A program made the translations under genes and the position numbers. Positions 1-9,150 of a stretch of DNA of 64,000 bases are shown here, in pieces. The stretch covers positions 12,285 to 76,284 of the forward strand of contig CAZWXW010000008.1 in assembly GCA_964638025.1 (NCBI GenBank), written 5' to 3'. The notes below the pieces were generated by a model. The model was not told the origin of the DNA, searched no databases, and saw nothing but the letters and a program-made list of their open reading frames with translations. Each line of letters starts with the position of its first letter. The stretch's first letter is position 1. Source of the DNA: an uncultured Verrucomicrobiaceae bacterium. GTDB taxonomy: Bacteria; Pseudomonadota; Gammaproteobacteria; Pseudomonadales; CAMLJR01.

Positions 1-9
1 AGCCGCGAG

Positions 10-987
10 TTGCGCGGGGTCGACGCGGTCGATCCGCTGCAATCCGTGGTGAAGAAATACATGGATCGGATGATCGAGGCGACCACCGATCGCTTCTCGG
101 TTTCGGGCCTTGATGCGCTGGCGGCGGACCAGGCGTGGCTGTTCATGAGCAACCATCGCGATATCGCTCTCGATCCGGCCTTCCTCAGCTACGCGCTCTA
201 CCACAACGATCACGAGACGGTGCGGATCGCCATCGGCGACAACCTGCTGTCGAAACCGTTCGCCGCCGATCTGATGCGACTCAACAAGAGCTTCATCGTC
301 AAGCGCTCGGCGAAGGGGCCGCGCGCGATGCTGGCGGCCTACAGGCAGCTCTCCGGTTACATCCGTCACTCGATCGAAGTCGACAACAACCCGATCTGGA
401 TCGCGCAGCGCGAGGGGCGGGCGAAGGACGGTCTCGATCGCACCGAGCCGGCCATCATCAAGATGCTGACGATGGCGCAGGACAAGGCGGTCGAGTCGTT
501 CAGCGACTATGTCAACCGCCTGCGGATCGTGCCGGTCGCTATCTCCTATGAGTTCGATCCGTGCGATAGCGCCAAGGCGCAGGAGCTCTATGTGCGCGCG
601 ACCACCGGCGGCTATGAAAAGGCGGAGCACGAAGATCTGCGCAGCATCGGTCTTGGCATTGCCGGTACCAAGGGCGACGTGCACGTCAGTTTCGGTCGGC
701 CGCTGGTGGGCGAGTTCGCCGATGCCGATGCGGTGGCGGCTGCGATCGACCGTCAGGTGATTGCCTGCTACGTTCTGCATCCCACCAATTTCTTTGCCTA
801 CCGGATGCTGCATGGCGCAATGCCGGATCTGCCGTGCGGCGCCGACGGATCGCCGTTTGCCGCTGATCATTACCGCGATATCGAGCAGCGCTTTGCGGCA
901 CGGATAGCGGCATTGCCCGAGTCGCACCGGCCCTATGCCCTGGCGATCTACGCCAATCCGATCGTCAGCAAGCTGGAACTGGTCTGA
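10..987 (+). CDS. PlsC/GPAT-family acyltransferase (5' end probably outside the window)
   Basis: The reading frame is open back to base 1. Acyltransferase-like blocks 'FMSNHRDIALDPAF' and 'IAQREGRAKDG' are present. High GC3 coding signal. Confidence 0.6.
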   Translation: MRGVDAVDPLQSVVKKYMDRMIEATTDRFSVSGLDALAADQAWLFMSNHRDIALDPAFLSYALYHNDHETVRIAIGDNLLSKPFAADLMRLNKSFIVKRSAKGPRAMLAAYRQLSGYIRHSIEVDNNPIWIAQREGRAKDGLDRTEPAIIKMLTMAQDKAVESFSDYVNRLRIVPVAISYEFDPCDSAKAQELYVRATTGGYEKAEHEDLRSIGLGIAGTKGDVHVSFGRPLVGEFADADAVAAAIDRQVIACYVLHPTNFFAYRMLHGAMPDLPCGADGSPFAADHYRDIEQRFAARIAALPESHRPYALAIYANPIVSKLELV

Positions 988-1048
988 GCCGCCGTGCGGC
1001 GGCAGCTCGTTTGCCGATGCTGATACGAAACGCTGATATGAATCGCCG

Positions 1049-3163
1049 ATGTTGACCGAAGCCCTCAAGTCCACCATTCAGCAGGCCTACCGGCGCTGGC
1101 TCGACAGCAAGGGGCTGAAGGCGCGCTATGGTCAGCGGCTGATGATCGCCGAGGTAGCGCGCACGCTGGCCAATGCCGGCAGCGACGAATCGGCGATTGC
1201 GGTGGTGGAGGCCGGCACCGGCACCGGCAAGACCGTCGCCTACGGCCTCGCCGCGATTCCGGTGGCGAAGGCGCTCGATAAACGGTTGGTCATTGCCACT
1301 GCCACCATCGCGCTGCAGGAGCAGGTGGTCTACAAGGATCTGCCCGACCTGCAGAAACATTCCGGCCTCGCCTTCAGCTACGCGCTGGCCAAGGGGCGCG
1401 GCCGCTACCTCTGCCTGGCCAAGCTCGACGGCGCGCTGACCGATGCCGGTGCCGCCGATCCGACGCTGGCACTCTATCCCGACGAATTGCAGATCAAGCT
1501 CGACGTCGCCACCCGCAGCCAGTTGCAGGTGCTGCTGGAGAAGCTCGGCAGTGACGAATGGGACGGCGATCGTGACCGCTGGCCGGAGCCGATTGCCGAC
1601 GAGGTCTGGAGTCGCGTCACCACCGATCACGCGCAGTGCACCGGGCGTCGTTGCCCGCATGTGCGCCAGTGCTGCTTCTTCAAGGCGCGCGAAGCGATCG
1701 AGAAGGTCGATGTCATCGTCACCAACCACGATCTGGTGCTGGCTGACCTCGCCCTCGGCGGTGGTGCGATCCTGCCGGCGCCGGCCGACTGCATCTATAT
1801 CTTTGACGAGGGGCATCACCTGCCCGACAAGGCGCGCGACCACTTCGCCTGCAGCGTGCGGCTGCGCGCCACCGATCGTGCGTTAGAGCAGAGTATTCGC
1901 GGCCTCGCTGGTGCGGCCGGCGAGATTGGCGAGACCGGTGGCGTCGACCGCCAGTTCGAACTGCTGCCGTCGATCATTCACGGTTTGCGTCAGCAGCTGG
2001 CGGCTGTGCGTACACCGCTCGAGCAGTTGCTCGAAGAGCACGCAGACGGTGTCGACAACTCACCGCACTACCGTTTTCCGGCTGGCATCGTCGATGACTC
2101 AATTCGCGAGCTCTCTGCGCAGCTGCGCGATGGCTTCGAAGAGCTCGGCGAGCGGCTCGGGCGCATCTGCGCCGTGCTGGAAGAGGCGCTCGAAGATGCC
2201 GCGCTGCAGGCCGTGCGGGCGGCGGCCGAGCGCTGGTATCCGCCGCTGAGCCTGCTGCGCGCCCGCGCCGAGGCCAACCGCGAGCTGTGGTTTCACTTTG
2301 CCCGCGATGCCGGCGACGAGAACCCGCCGCGCGCGCGCTGGGTCGCGGCCGTCAGTGGCAGTAGCGGCGTGTTCGATCTCGAACTGAACTGCAGCCCGAT
2401 CCTGGCGGCCGGCACGCTGCAGCATCATCTCTGGTCCACCTGCGCTGGCGCGCTGGTGACCTCGGCGACGCTGACGGCGCTGGGCAAGTTCGACCGCTTC
2501 CGCCAGCGCGCCGGTGTGCCGCTGGAGGCGACGACGGTGGTGGTGCCGAGTCCGTTCGACTATCCGCGCGCCGGGTTGTTATCTGTGCCGCCGATGCGCA
2601 GCGACCCCGGCAATCCGGCCGATCACACCGCCGAGCTGATCGAGCAGCTGCCGCGGCTGTTGAACCCGGACGAAGGCAGTCTGGTGCTGTTCGCGTCGCG
2701 GCGGCAGATGGAGGAGGTCTACGACGGCCTGACAGCGGTGTGGCAGGCACGCATCCTGAAGCAGGATCACCTCAGCAAGCAGGAGCTGCTGCGCCGCCAT
2801 CGCGAGACCATCGACGGCGGCACCGGCTCGGTGATTTTCGGTCTGGCCAGCTTTGCCGAGGGCGTCGACCTGCCGGGCGCCTACTGTCGCCACGTCGTCA
2901 TCGCCAAGATTCCATTCGCGGTGCCGGACGCACCGGTGGAGTCGGCGCTGGCGGAGTGGATCGAGGAGCGCGGCGGCAATCCGTTCATGGAGCTGGCGGT
3001 GCCGGATGCGGCAATCAAGCTGGTGCAGGCAGCGGGCCGGTTGCTGCGCACCGAGAGCGACAGCGGGCGCGTGACGCTGCTCGATCGGCGTATCGTCACC
3101 CGCCGTTACGGCCGCGCCATTCTCGATTCGTTGCCACCGTTCAGACGGGAGATCTCGACATGA
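1049..3163 (+). CDS. dinG: ATP-dependent DNA helicase DinG (XPD/Rad3-like, Fe-S)
   Basis: 704-aa ORF. Walker A 'EAGTGTGKT', DEAH-type box 'IFDEGHHL' and a Cys cluster 'CTGRRCPHVRQCC' are present. The N-terminus is collinear with E. coli DinG as I recall it. Confidence 0.85.
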   Translation: MLTEALKSTIQQAYRRWLDSKGLKARYGQRLMIAEVARTLANAGSDESAIAVVEAGTGTGKTVAYGLAAIPVAKALDKRLVIATATIALQEQVVYKDLPDLQKHSGLAFSYALAKGRGRYLCLAKLDGALTDAGAADPTLALYPDELQIKLDVATRSQLQVLLEKLGSDEWDGDRDRWPEPIADEVWSRVTTDHAQCTGRRCPHVRQCCFFKAREAIEKVDVIVTNHDLVLADLALGGGAILPAPADCIYIFDEGHHLPDKARDHFACSVRLRATDRALEQSIRGLAGAAGEIGETGGVDRQFELLPSIIHGLRQQLAAVRTPLEQLLEEHADGVDNSPHYRFPAGIVDDSIRELSAQLRDGFEELGERLGRICAVLEEALEDAALQAVRAAAERWYPPLSLLRARAEANRELWFHFARDAGDENPPRARWVAAVSGSSGVFDLELNCSPILAAGTLQHHLWSTCAGALVTSATLTALGKFDRFRQRAGVPLEATTVVVPSPFDYPRAGLLSVPPMRSDPGNPADHTAELIEQLPRLLNPDEGSLVLFASRRQMEEVYDGLTAVWQARILKQDHLSKQELLRRHRETIDGGTGSVIFGLASFAEGVDLPGAYCRHVVIAKIPFAVPDAPVESALAEWIEERGGNPFMELAVPDAAIKLVQAAGRLLRTESDSGRVTLLDRRIVTRRYGRAILDSLPPFRREIST

Positions 3164-3495
3164 CAGTTCACACCCCCACGGTTTACACAGATGTCGCCTC
3201 GCTGCTGATCGATCTCGAGGCCGAATTGCGGCGCGGCGGTTACTGGCAGGCAGAGCCGCTGGACGCGGCGGCGCTGGCCAGTGTCGAGCCGTTCGGCGTC
3301 GACACGATGACGCTGGCGCAGTGGCTGCAGTTCATCTTCATTCCGCGCATGCATCTGCTGGCGGCGGCGCAGCAGCCGCTGCCGGGGCGCTGCGAAGTGG
3401 TACCGATTGCGGAGGAGTTTTTCGGCAAGGGCCCCGCGGAGCAGAAAATTCTCGCGCTCATCGACGCGCTGGACAGGGCGATCAATCGCGGCTGA
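3160..3495 (+). CDS. YqcC-family (DUF446) protein
   Basis: ATG at 3160 overlaps the dinG stop codon (ATGA). 'TMTLAQWLQFIFIPRMHLLAAAQQPLPG' matches the recalled E. coli YqcC block 'TMEPLEWLQWVLIPRMHDLLDNKQPLPG'. Confidence 0.75.
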   Translation: MTVHTPTVYTDVASLLIDLEAELRRGGYWQAEPLDAAALASVEPFGVDTMTLAQWLQFIFIPRMHLLAAAQQPLPGRCEVVPIAEEFFGKGPAEQKILALIDALDRAINRG

Positions 3496-3542
3496 CGGTT
3501 CCGTGGTGGCTGCTGCTGCAAGGCGTGGCGCCTAGCCATGGC

Positions 3543-4034
3543 TTACCAGCGGTACTTTCCCCAGTTGTCCGGATTGGCCCAGTACTGCGAGTTGTTCCAG
3601 CTGCGTTTGCGGTTGTAGCTGCCGAGGTCGTAGCGATAGAGCGTCAGCAGGCGGCCGTCGTCATCGAATTCGCCGGCGCGCTGCAGGGCCAGCGCCAGCC
3701 AGTCGGTCAGCGACCAGCGCGGGTCGGCGGCGGTCAGCACGTAGAGCAGGTCGGTGTGCAGCGTGCGCAGTCGCCCCAGCAGTTCGATGGCATCGCGTTT
3801 GTCGAGCGCTTCGGTCAGGTCGATCACCAGCGCCATGTCGACATGGCCGATGTCGTTGAGCGCCATGTCGTTGAGCGGGAGGTCGTCGCGACTGATCAGT
3901 TGTTGGCAGAGGGGTTGGCACAGTGCCGGCCAGCGCGGGTCGCGGCTCAGCAGGAGCAGGGTCGACGGCTGCCGCTCGCGCAACAGCCGTTCGATCTCGG
4001 TCTCTGCGGTGGTCACGACGCCCGCCGCGGTCAC
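3543..4034 (-). CDS. Conserved hypothetical protein (C-terminus 'YWANPDNWGKYRW')
   Basis: 163-aa ORF. Its GTG start overlaps the stop of the upstream response regulator (GTGA), which implies translational coupling. I cannot assign a family with confidence. Confidence 0.6.
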   Translation of the reverse strand: MTAAGVVTTAETEIERLLRERQPSTLLLLSRDPRWPALCQPLCQQLISRDDLPLNDMALNDIGHVDMALVIDLTEALDKRDAIELLGRLRTLHTDLLYVLTAADPRWSLTDWLALALQRAGEFDDDGRLLTLYRYDLGSYNRKRSWNNSQYWANPDNWGKYRW

Positions 4035-4660
4035 GGCGGTGCCAGCAGGTCGCCGTCGCCGATGGCCATCACCATGCGCACCAGATGCGCCAGCGATTTG
4101 GCTTCCAGTTTTTCCATGACGCGGGCGCGATGGATTTCAACGGTGCGCTGGCTGATGTCGAGATCGGCGGCGATCACCTTGTTGGCGCGCCCCTCGACCA
4201 TCAGTCGCAGCACGTCGAGTTCGCGCGGCGTCAGGCTGTCGACCCGCAGGCGGATCACCTGGCGCTGCTGCAGTCCCTGCCGGCTTTCGCGGTCCAGCTC
4301 GATCGCGTGCTCGATCTTCTCCAGCAGCTCCTGCTCGCGATAGGGCTTCTGCACGAAGTCGACGGCACCGTGCTGCATTGCCTCGACCGCCATCGGCACG
4401 TCGCCGTGGCCGGTGACGAAGATGATCGGCAGGATCGAGTTGCGTTCGTTCAGCTTGCGCTGCAGTTCCATGCCGTTGATGCCGGGCATGCGGATGTCGA
4501 GCAGCAGGCAGCCGCTCATGTCGGCATCCCAGGCATCGAGGAAGGCGGTACCTGTGGAGTAGGTGGAAACCTTGTAGCCGACCGACTCCAACACCATCTG
4601 CAGCGAGTCGCGCACGGCTTCATCGTCTTCGACGACATAAACAGACGGGGTGTCGCGCAT
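4031..4660 (-). CDS. FixJ/NarL-type response regulator (REC + LuxR-type HTH)
   Basis: N-terminal receiver 'VYVVEDDEAVRDSL...LLDIRMPGINGMEL' and C-terminal HTH 'LTPRELDVLRLMVEGRANKVIAADLDISQRTVEIHRARVMEKL'. Confidence 0.9.
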   Translation of the reverse strand: MRDTPSVYVVEDDEAVRDSLQMVLESVGYKVSTYSTGTAFLDAWDADMSGCLLLDIRMPGINGMELQRKLNERNSILPIIFVTGHGDVPMAVEAMQHGAVDFVQKPYREQELLEKIEHAIELDRESRQGLQQRQVIRLRVDSLTPRELDVLRLMVEGRANKVIAADLDISQRTVEIHRARVMEKLEAKSLAHLVRMVMAIGDGDLLAPP

Positions 4661-4946
4661 CTGTATCTCCTTGTGGTCGGAACCGTGCGGCGATCCGGCT
4701 TCGGGCGGTGCCGGTCACTCCTGCGTCAATTACGTATATCCGTTGCCGACGACGCGTTCTAGGCTCCGGGAGTGCCCGGGGGTGGGGCGCGTCGCGGGCT
4801 ATCGATCCCGGCGTGATCCTCTGTCTGCAGCTCGACGCAGTGCCACAGCGTTGCGGACGCTGCTGTGAAGCACTGCAAATAACAACAACGACGCACACTA
4901 GCCCAATCCTCGGGGCTTGCCAATGCGATGACACGGATGGAAGGGA

Positions 4947-6698
4947 ATGGCTGCAAACCCCTCGATGAGGCGCGCCCTGCTGCCCGCACTGATGCTGGCG
5001 GTGCCGCCGTTGCTGCTGCTGATGTCGCTGCAGCTGATCCAGCCCGCCCTGCTCGCAACGCCCTGGTCGTGGCTGCTGGCTTTCATGCTGATCGCCGTCG
5101 GCATCTCCATGTTTGGTCGTTATCTCTACCGCCGGGCAGTGCTGGTCGGCGAGCAGTTGCTGGCGGCCGGTCGTGGCGAAGTCGGTGCCGATCCTTTCGA
5201 TGGCGATCCGCACGGGCCGGTGCAGCGGGCACTGGCTTATATCCTCGAACGGCACCGGCGCAGTGAACGGGCGCTGCGCGCCAGCGAGCAGCGTTTCCAG
5301 CTGGCGCTGGAGGCCAGCGATGCCCACCTGTGGGAGCACTGCCTGAAGAGCGGCAGGCTCACCTTCGATACGTCGATCGGCCGCATGTTTCTGGAAGACC
5401 AGATGCCGCTGGAGAAAGAGCCGCACTCGGTCGACACCCATTCGGTCGACACTGAGGTGCCGCTCAAACGGTTCATCGGCATCATTCATCCCGATGACCT
5501 GCCGCGTTTGCAGCACAGCAGCGAGGAGTTCTTCCGCAGCGGAGAGTTCACCTGTGAATACCGCTGCCGCCACCGCGAGCGCGGTTACATCTGGATGCGC
5601 TGTCGCGGCCGCGTCATGGAGCGGGCCGAGGATGGCACGCCGCTGCGCGCGCTGGGGACGATGACCGATATCAGCGACCTGAAACAGATCGAGGAGCGGC
5701 TGCAGGCGGCGTTGATCACCGCGCAGGATGCCAACCACGCGCGCGCGCAGTTCTTCGCCGGCATCAGCCACGAGCTGCGCACGCCGCTCAACGGCGTGCT
5801 CGGCTACACCCAGCTACTGTTGCGCGACGCGGTCGTCGACAGCGAGCCGCGCAGCCATCTGCAGGCGATCGAGCGCTGCGGCCAGCACCTGCTGCGGCTG
5901 ATCAACGACATCATCGATCTGGCGCAGATCGACAGCGGTCGCGTCGATCTGCACGAGGCGGAGTGCGATCTCCCCGTGCTGCTGGATAACGTCGGCCATG
6001 TGGCGCGGCAGCAGGCCGAGGCCAGGCAGCTGCAGTTCTCGCTGGAGCTCGATCCGCAGCTGCCGCCGCTGGTGCTGCTCGACGGAATCAAGTTGCGGCA
6101 GATTCTGTCGAACCTGCTCAACAACGCGGTCAAGTTCACCGAGCGCGGGGTCGTGACGCTGAAGGTCAGGGCCGTTGCCGGCGCCGCACCAGTGCTGCAA
6201 TTCGAGGTGCAGGACACCGGCATAGGCATTGCCGCCGAGCGATTGGCACAACTGTTCGAACCGTTCGGCCGCCCTGGCGAAAGCGACGACAGCGGCTTCG
6301 GGCTGGCAGTCAGCCAGCGGCTGTGCGAGTTGATGGGTGGACAGATAACGGTGAGCAGCGCGCCCGGCGCCGGCAGCTGCTTCCGCTTCGCGCTGCCGTG
6401 CCGGCGTATCGACGCCTGGAGCAGCGCGACTGCACCGCTGTCGCCGGTGGCGATGGCCGGCCCGCCGGCGACGGCCGTGGCGGGCGAGCCGCTGCGCCAG
6501 TTGCCGGAGTCGGCGCTGGTGCCGCTGCGCTCGGCGCTGGCGCTCGGCGACCTCGAAGGGCTGCGCTCGGCGCTGGCCGCGCTGCGCCAGCGGGTGCCGG
6601 CGGCGCAGTCGCTGATCGACCACTGCAACGCGCTGCTGGAGGGATTCGAGCTGGAGCGGATTCGCGAGCTGCTGGAAGATCTGCCCGGAAACGTCTAG
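4947..6698 (+). CDS. Membrane PAS sensor histidine kinase
   Basis: Two N-terminal hydrophobic segments, a PAS-like region ('IIHPDDL...EYRCRHRERGYIWMRCRG'), the H-box 'FFAGISHELRTPLNGVLGY' and an HATPase region 'VQDTGIGI...GFGLAVSQRL'. Confidence 0.9.
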   Translation: MAANPSMRRALLPALMLAVPPLLLLMSLQLIQPALLATPWSWLLAFMLIAVGISMFGRYLYRRAVLVGEQLLAAGRGEVGADPFDGDPHGPVQRALAYILERHRRSERALRASEQRFQLALEASDAHLWEHCLKSGRLTFDTSIGRMFLEDQMPLEKEPHSVDTHSVDTEVPLKRFIGIIHPDDLPRLQHSSEEFFRSGEFTCEYRCRHRERGYIWMRCRGRVMERAEDGTPLRALGTMTDISDLKQIEERLQAALITAQDANHARAQFFAGISHELRTPLNGVLGYTQLLLRDAVVDSEPRSHLQAIERCGQHLLRLINDIIDLAQIDSGRVDLHEAECDLPVLLDNVGHVARQQAEARQLQFSLELDPQLPPLVLLDGIKLRQILSNLLNNAVKFTERGVVTLKVRAVAGAAPVLQFEVQDTGIGIAAERLAQLFEPFGRPGESDDSGFGLAVSQRLCELMGGQITVSSAPGAGSCFRFALPCRRIDAWSSATAPLSPVAMAGPPATAVAGEPLRQLPESALVPLRSALALGDLEGLRSALAALRQRVPAAQSLIDHCNALLEGFELERIRELLEDLPGNV

Positions 6699-6771
6699 AG
6701 ATAACGGGCGTTGTGGGGGCGGTCATGCCGATGACGAGCCCGGCTTCGATAACAAACCAGGATGGAGAGGC

Positions 6772-8310
6772 GTGGTGAATTCGGTCATCGATTACGGCGA
6801 GCAGATCCTGCTGGTCGACGACAACCCGATCAACCTGCAGATTCTCTACAAGACGCTGCAGGGCAACGGCTATCGCCTGCTGATCGCGCGCAACGGCGAG
6901 TCGGCGCTCGACATCGCGCGCCAGGCGCGGCCGTCGCTGGTGCTGCTCGACGTGATGATGCCGGGCATGGATGGCTTCGAGGTGTGTCAGCAACTGAAGT
7001 CGGCACCGGAGACGCGCGACTGCGCCGTCATCTTTCTCTCCGCGCTGGGCGACAGCCAGGCCAAGGTGCGCGGCTTCGCGCTCGGCGGCGTCGACTACAT
7101 CGCCAAGCCGTTCCAGGCCGACGAGGTGGTGGCGCGGGTGCGCACCCACGTCAAGATCCAGCGCCTCGAACGCCAGCTGGCGCGCCGCAACACCGAGCTG
7201 GAGGAGGAGAACCAGCAGATTCTGAATGCCGTCGCGGAGGGCATCATGGCGCTCGATCCGGAGGGGCGCATCACGCTGGTCAACCCGGCGGCGACGACGA
7301 TCACCGGCTGGCCGGCGGCCGATGCCATCGGCGAAAACGTGCAGCAGCTGCGGCTGTTTCGCGATGAGCTCGGCACCAGCGTCGCCGAGGAGCTGACGCC
7401 GCCCTACCGCGCCTATTGCCTCGGCCAGAGCGTGGTCAGCGACTTCGAGCTGCTCTATCGCCGCGACGGCAGAACCATGCCGGTGGAGCTGGCCTGCTCG
7501 CCGCGCCGCGACGGTGGCGCGGTGATGGTGCTGCGCGACATCAGCGAGTGGCTGGCGAGCGAGGAGGCGCTGCGGCATGCGCGCGAGGAGATGGAGTCGC
7601 AGCGCCAGCACATGGCGCACATGGAGCGGCTATCGAGTTCCGGCGAAATGGCGGCCGGCATCGCCCACGAGGTCAACCAGCCGCTGACGGCGGTGGTCAA
7701 CTACGCGCGCGTCGGCCGGCGCATGCTGCAGCAGGCGGAGTTCGACCGCGACAAGCTGGAGGAACTGCTGACCAAGCTCGACCTGCAGGCGGTGCGCGCG
7801 TCGGAGGTGATCCAGCGGCTGCGCAGCTATGTGCAGAAGCCGCTCGGCGGTCGCACCCGCGTCGACATCAATGCACTGCTGCAGGAGGTGATCTCGCTGG
7901 CCGAGGTCGATTCGCGCATCAGCGACGTGGCGATCCACTTCGAGCCGGGCAGGGATCTGCTGCCGGTGATCGTCGACAGCGTGCAGATCCAGCAGGTGGC
8001 GCTGAACCTGATCCGCAACGCGATGGAGGCGATGGCGGCGTCGCCGCAGCGCAATCTCGGGGTGGTCGTCGAAAGTGGCATGGAGGCGGGGCAGGTCAGC
8101 TTTCGCGTCATCGACCGCGGTTGCGGGCTGTCGGCGGAGGCGGAGGCGCAGCTGTTCAACCCGTTCTTCACGACCAAGACCAATGGCATGGGAATCGGGC
8201 TGTCGATCTGCCAGGGCATCGTGCAACGGCACGGTGGCGAGATCGGTTTTCGGCGCAATGCCGAGGGCGGAGTGACCTTCTACTGCAGGTTGCCGCCGGC
8301 GGAGGCGTAA
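6772..8310 (+). CDS. REC-PAS-histidine kinase (FixL/DctB-type H-box)
   Basis: N-terminal receiver 'ILLVDDNPINLQIL...LLDVMMPGMDGFEV', a PAS segment, the H-box 'AAGIAHEVNQPLTAVVNY' and an ATPase region 'VIDRGCGL...GMGIGLSICQGIV'. GTG start with a GGAGAG motif upstream. Confidence 0.88.
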   Translation: MVNSVIDYGEQILLVDDNPINLQILYKTLQGNGYRLLIARNGESALDIARQARPSLVLLDVMMPGMDGFEVCQQLKSAPETRDCAVIFLSALGDSQAKVRGFALGGVDYIAKPFQADEVVARVRTHVKIQRLERQLARRNTELEEENQQILNAVAEGIMALDPEGRITLVNPAATTITGWPAADAIGENVQQLRLFRDELGTSVAEELTPPYRAYCLGQSVVSDFELLYRRDGRTMPVELACSPRRDGGAVMVLRDISEWLASEEALRHAREEMESQRQHMAHMERLSSSGEMAAGIAHEVNQPLTAVVNYARVGRRMLQQAEFDRDKLEELLTKLDLQAVRASEVIQRLRSYVQKPLGGRTRVDINALLQEVISLAEVDSRISDVAIHFEPGRDLLPVIVDSVQIQQVALNLIRNAMEAMAASPQRNLGVVVESGMEAGQVSFRVIDRGCGLSAEAEAQLFNPFFTTKTNGMGIGLSICQGIVQRHGGEIGFRRNAEGGVTFYCRLPPAEA

Positions 8311-8362
8311 CGTCCGGCCAGATGACGCCGGTTGCCTCCGCCGCGGTGAACGCGGTGCGGAA

Positions 8363-8554
8363 TTACTGCTCGCTGTCGGCCGGCTGGCCGATCTCGTCCT
8401 GAATCCGGCGATAGACCTCTTCGCGGTGCACGCTGACCTCTTTCGGGGCCGCGATGCCGAGCCGCACCTGGTTGCCGCTGATGCCGAGTACGGTGATCTT
8501 GATCTCGTCGCCGATGATCAGGGTTTCTCCGAGACGTCTGGAGAGTACCAACAT
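8363..8554 (-). CDS. csrA: Carbon storage regulator CsrA/RsmA family, copy 1 (63 aa)
   Basis: '[52 protein letters not shown]' is collinear with E. coli CsrA. A GGAGGA Shine-Dalgarno lies 6 nt upstream. It sits inside a longer listed ORF (8363..8920). Confidence 0.9.
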   Translation of the reverse strand: MLVLSRRLGETLIIGDEIKITVLGISGNQVRLGIAAPKEVSVHREEVYRRIQDEIGQPADSEQ

Positions 8555-8676
8555 GCCGAATTCCTCCTGGGGGCACATCAAGGGCCGCTCCGGAGAAAAC
8601 CCTGGAGCGGCCGAGGCGATTGCATCGCCATGTGGTGCCCTTGAGGGCACCGGTTGATTGGTTATCCGCGATCCGG

Positions 8677-8871
8677 TCAGCCGGTGGCGACGCGGTCGTT
8701 GCGGTCCAGCTCTTCCTGGATACGACGGTAGACCTCTTCGCGGTGCACGCTGACCTCTTTCGGGGCCGCGATGCCTAGTCGCACTTGATTGCCATTGATG
8801 CCGAGTACCGTCAGTTTGATGTCGTCGCCGATCATCACGGTTTCGCCGAGGCGTCTGGAAAGTACCAACAT
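8677..8871 (-). CDS. csrA: Carbon storage regulator CsrA/RsmA family, copy 2 (64 aa)
   Basis: '[52 protein letters not shown]'. GGAGA lies upstream of the ATG. Confidence 0.9.
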   Translation of the reverse strand: MLVLSRRLGETVMIGDDIKLTVLGINGNQVRLGIAAPKEVSVHREEVYRRIQEELDRNDRVATG

Positions 8872-9150
8872 TGCCGTATCTCCGGTTTCCGTACAGGTGT
8901 TGCCAGTGTAGAAAGGGCACCCTTGCGGCGAAATTCGCTCATGTACCTACCGCGTTACGGAATAGTCCGTATCTGGATAGGGAGGCAGCGAAGAACGGCG
9001 AAACGAAGAACAGGCGGAGCGACGGCGGGCAATCGCGGCGGCGGCATTGTAGGTTTCGGTTTTCAACACCCGTAATAGGTAATTTCACCTAGGGTTCATT
9101 CGACTGGCGGCGCGCATACGGGCGCCACCGGCGAGCGTGGGAGGAAGGGG

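Noticed and set aside
5423-5452. An in-frame tandem duplication 'HSVDTHSVDT' inside the PAS kinase gene.
   Set aside because: - It is a 15-nt imperfect duplication within a linker.
- It is most likely slippage with no functional implication that I can support.
8583-8651. The three hairpins between the csrA copies as a CsrA-sequestering sRNA (RsmY/Z- or CsrB-like).
   Set aside because: - There are few GGA motifs, and none clearly exposed in the loops except an AGGG in one loop.
- The segment is only about 120 nt, with no visible promoter or terminator of its own.
- I kept it only as part of the tandem-csrA finding.
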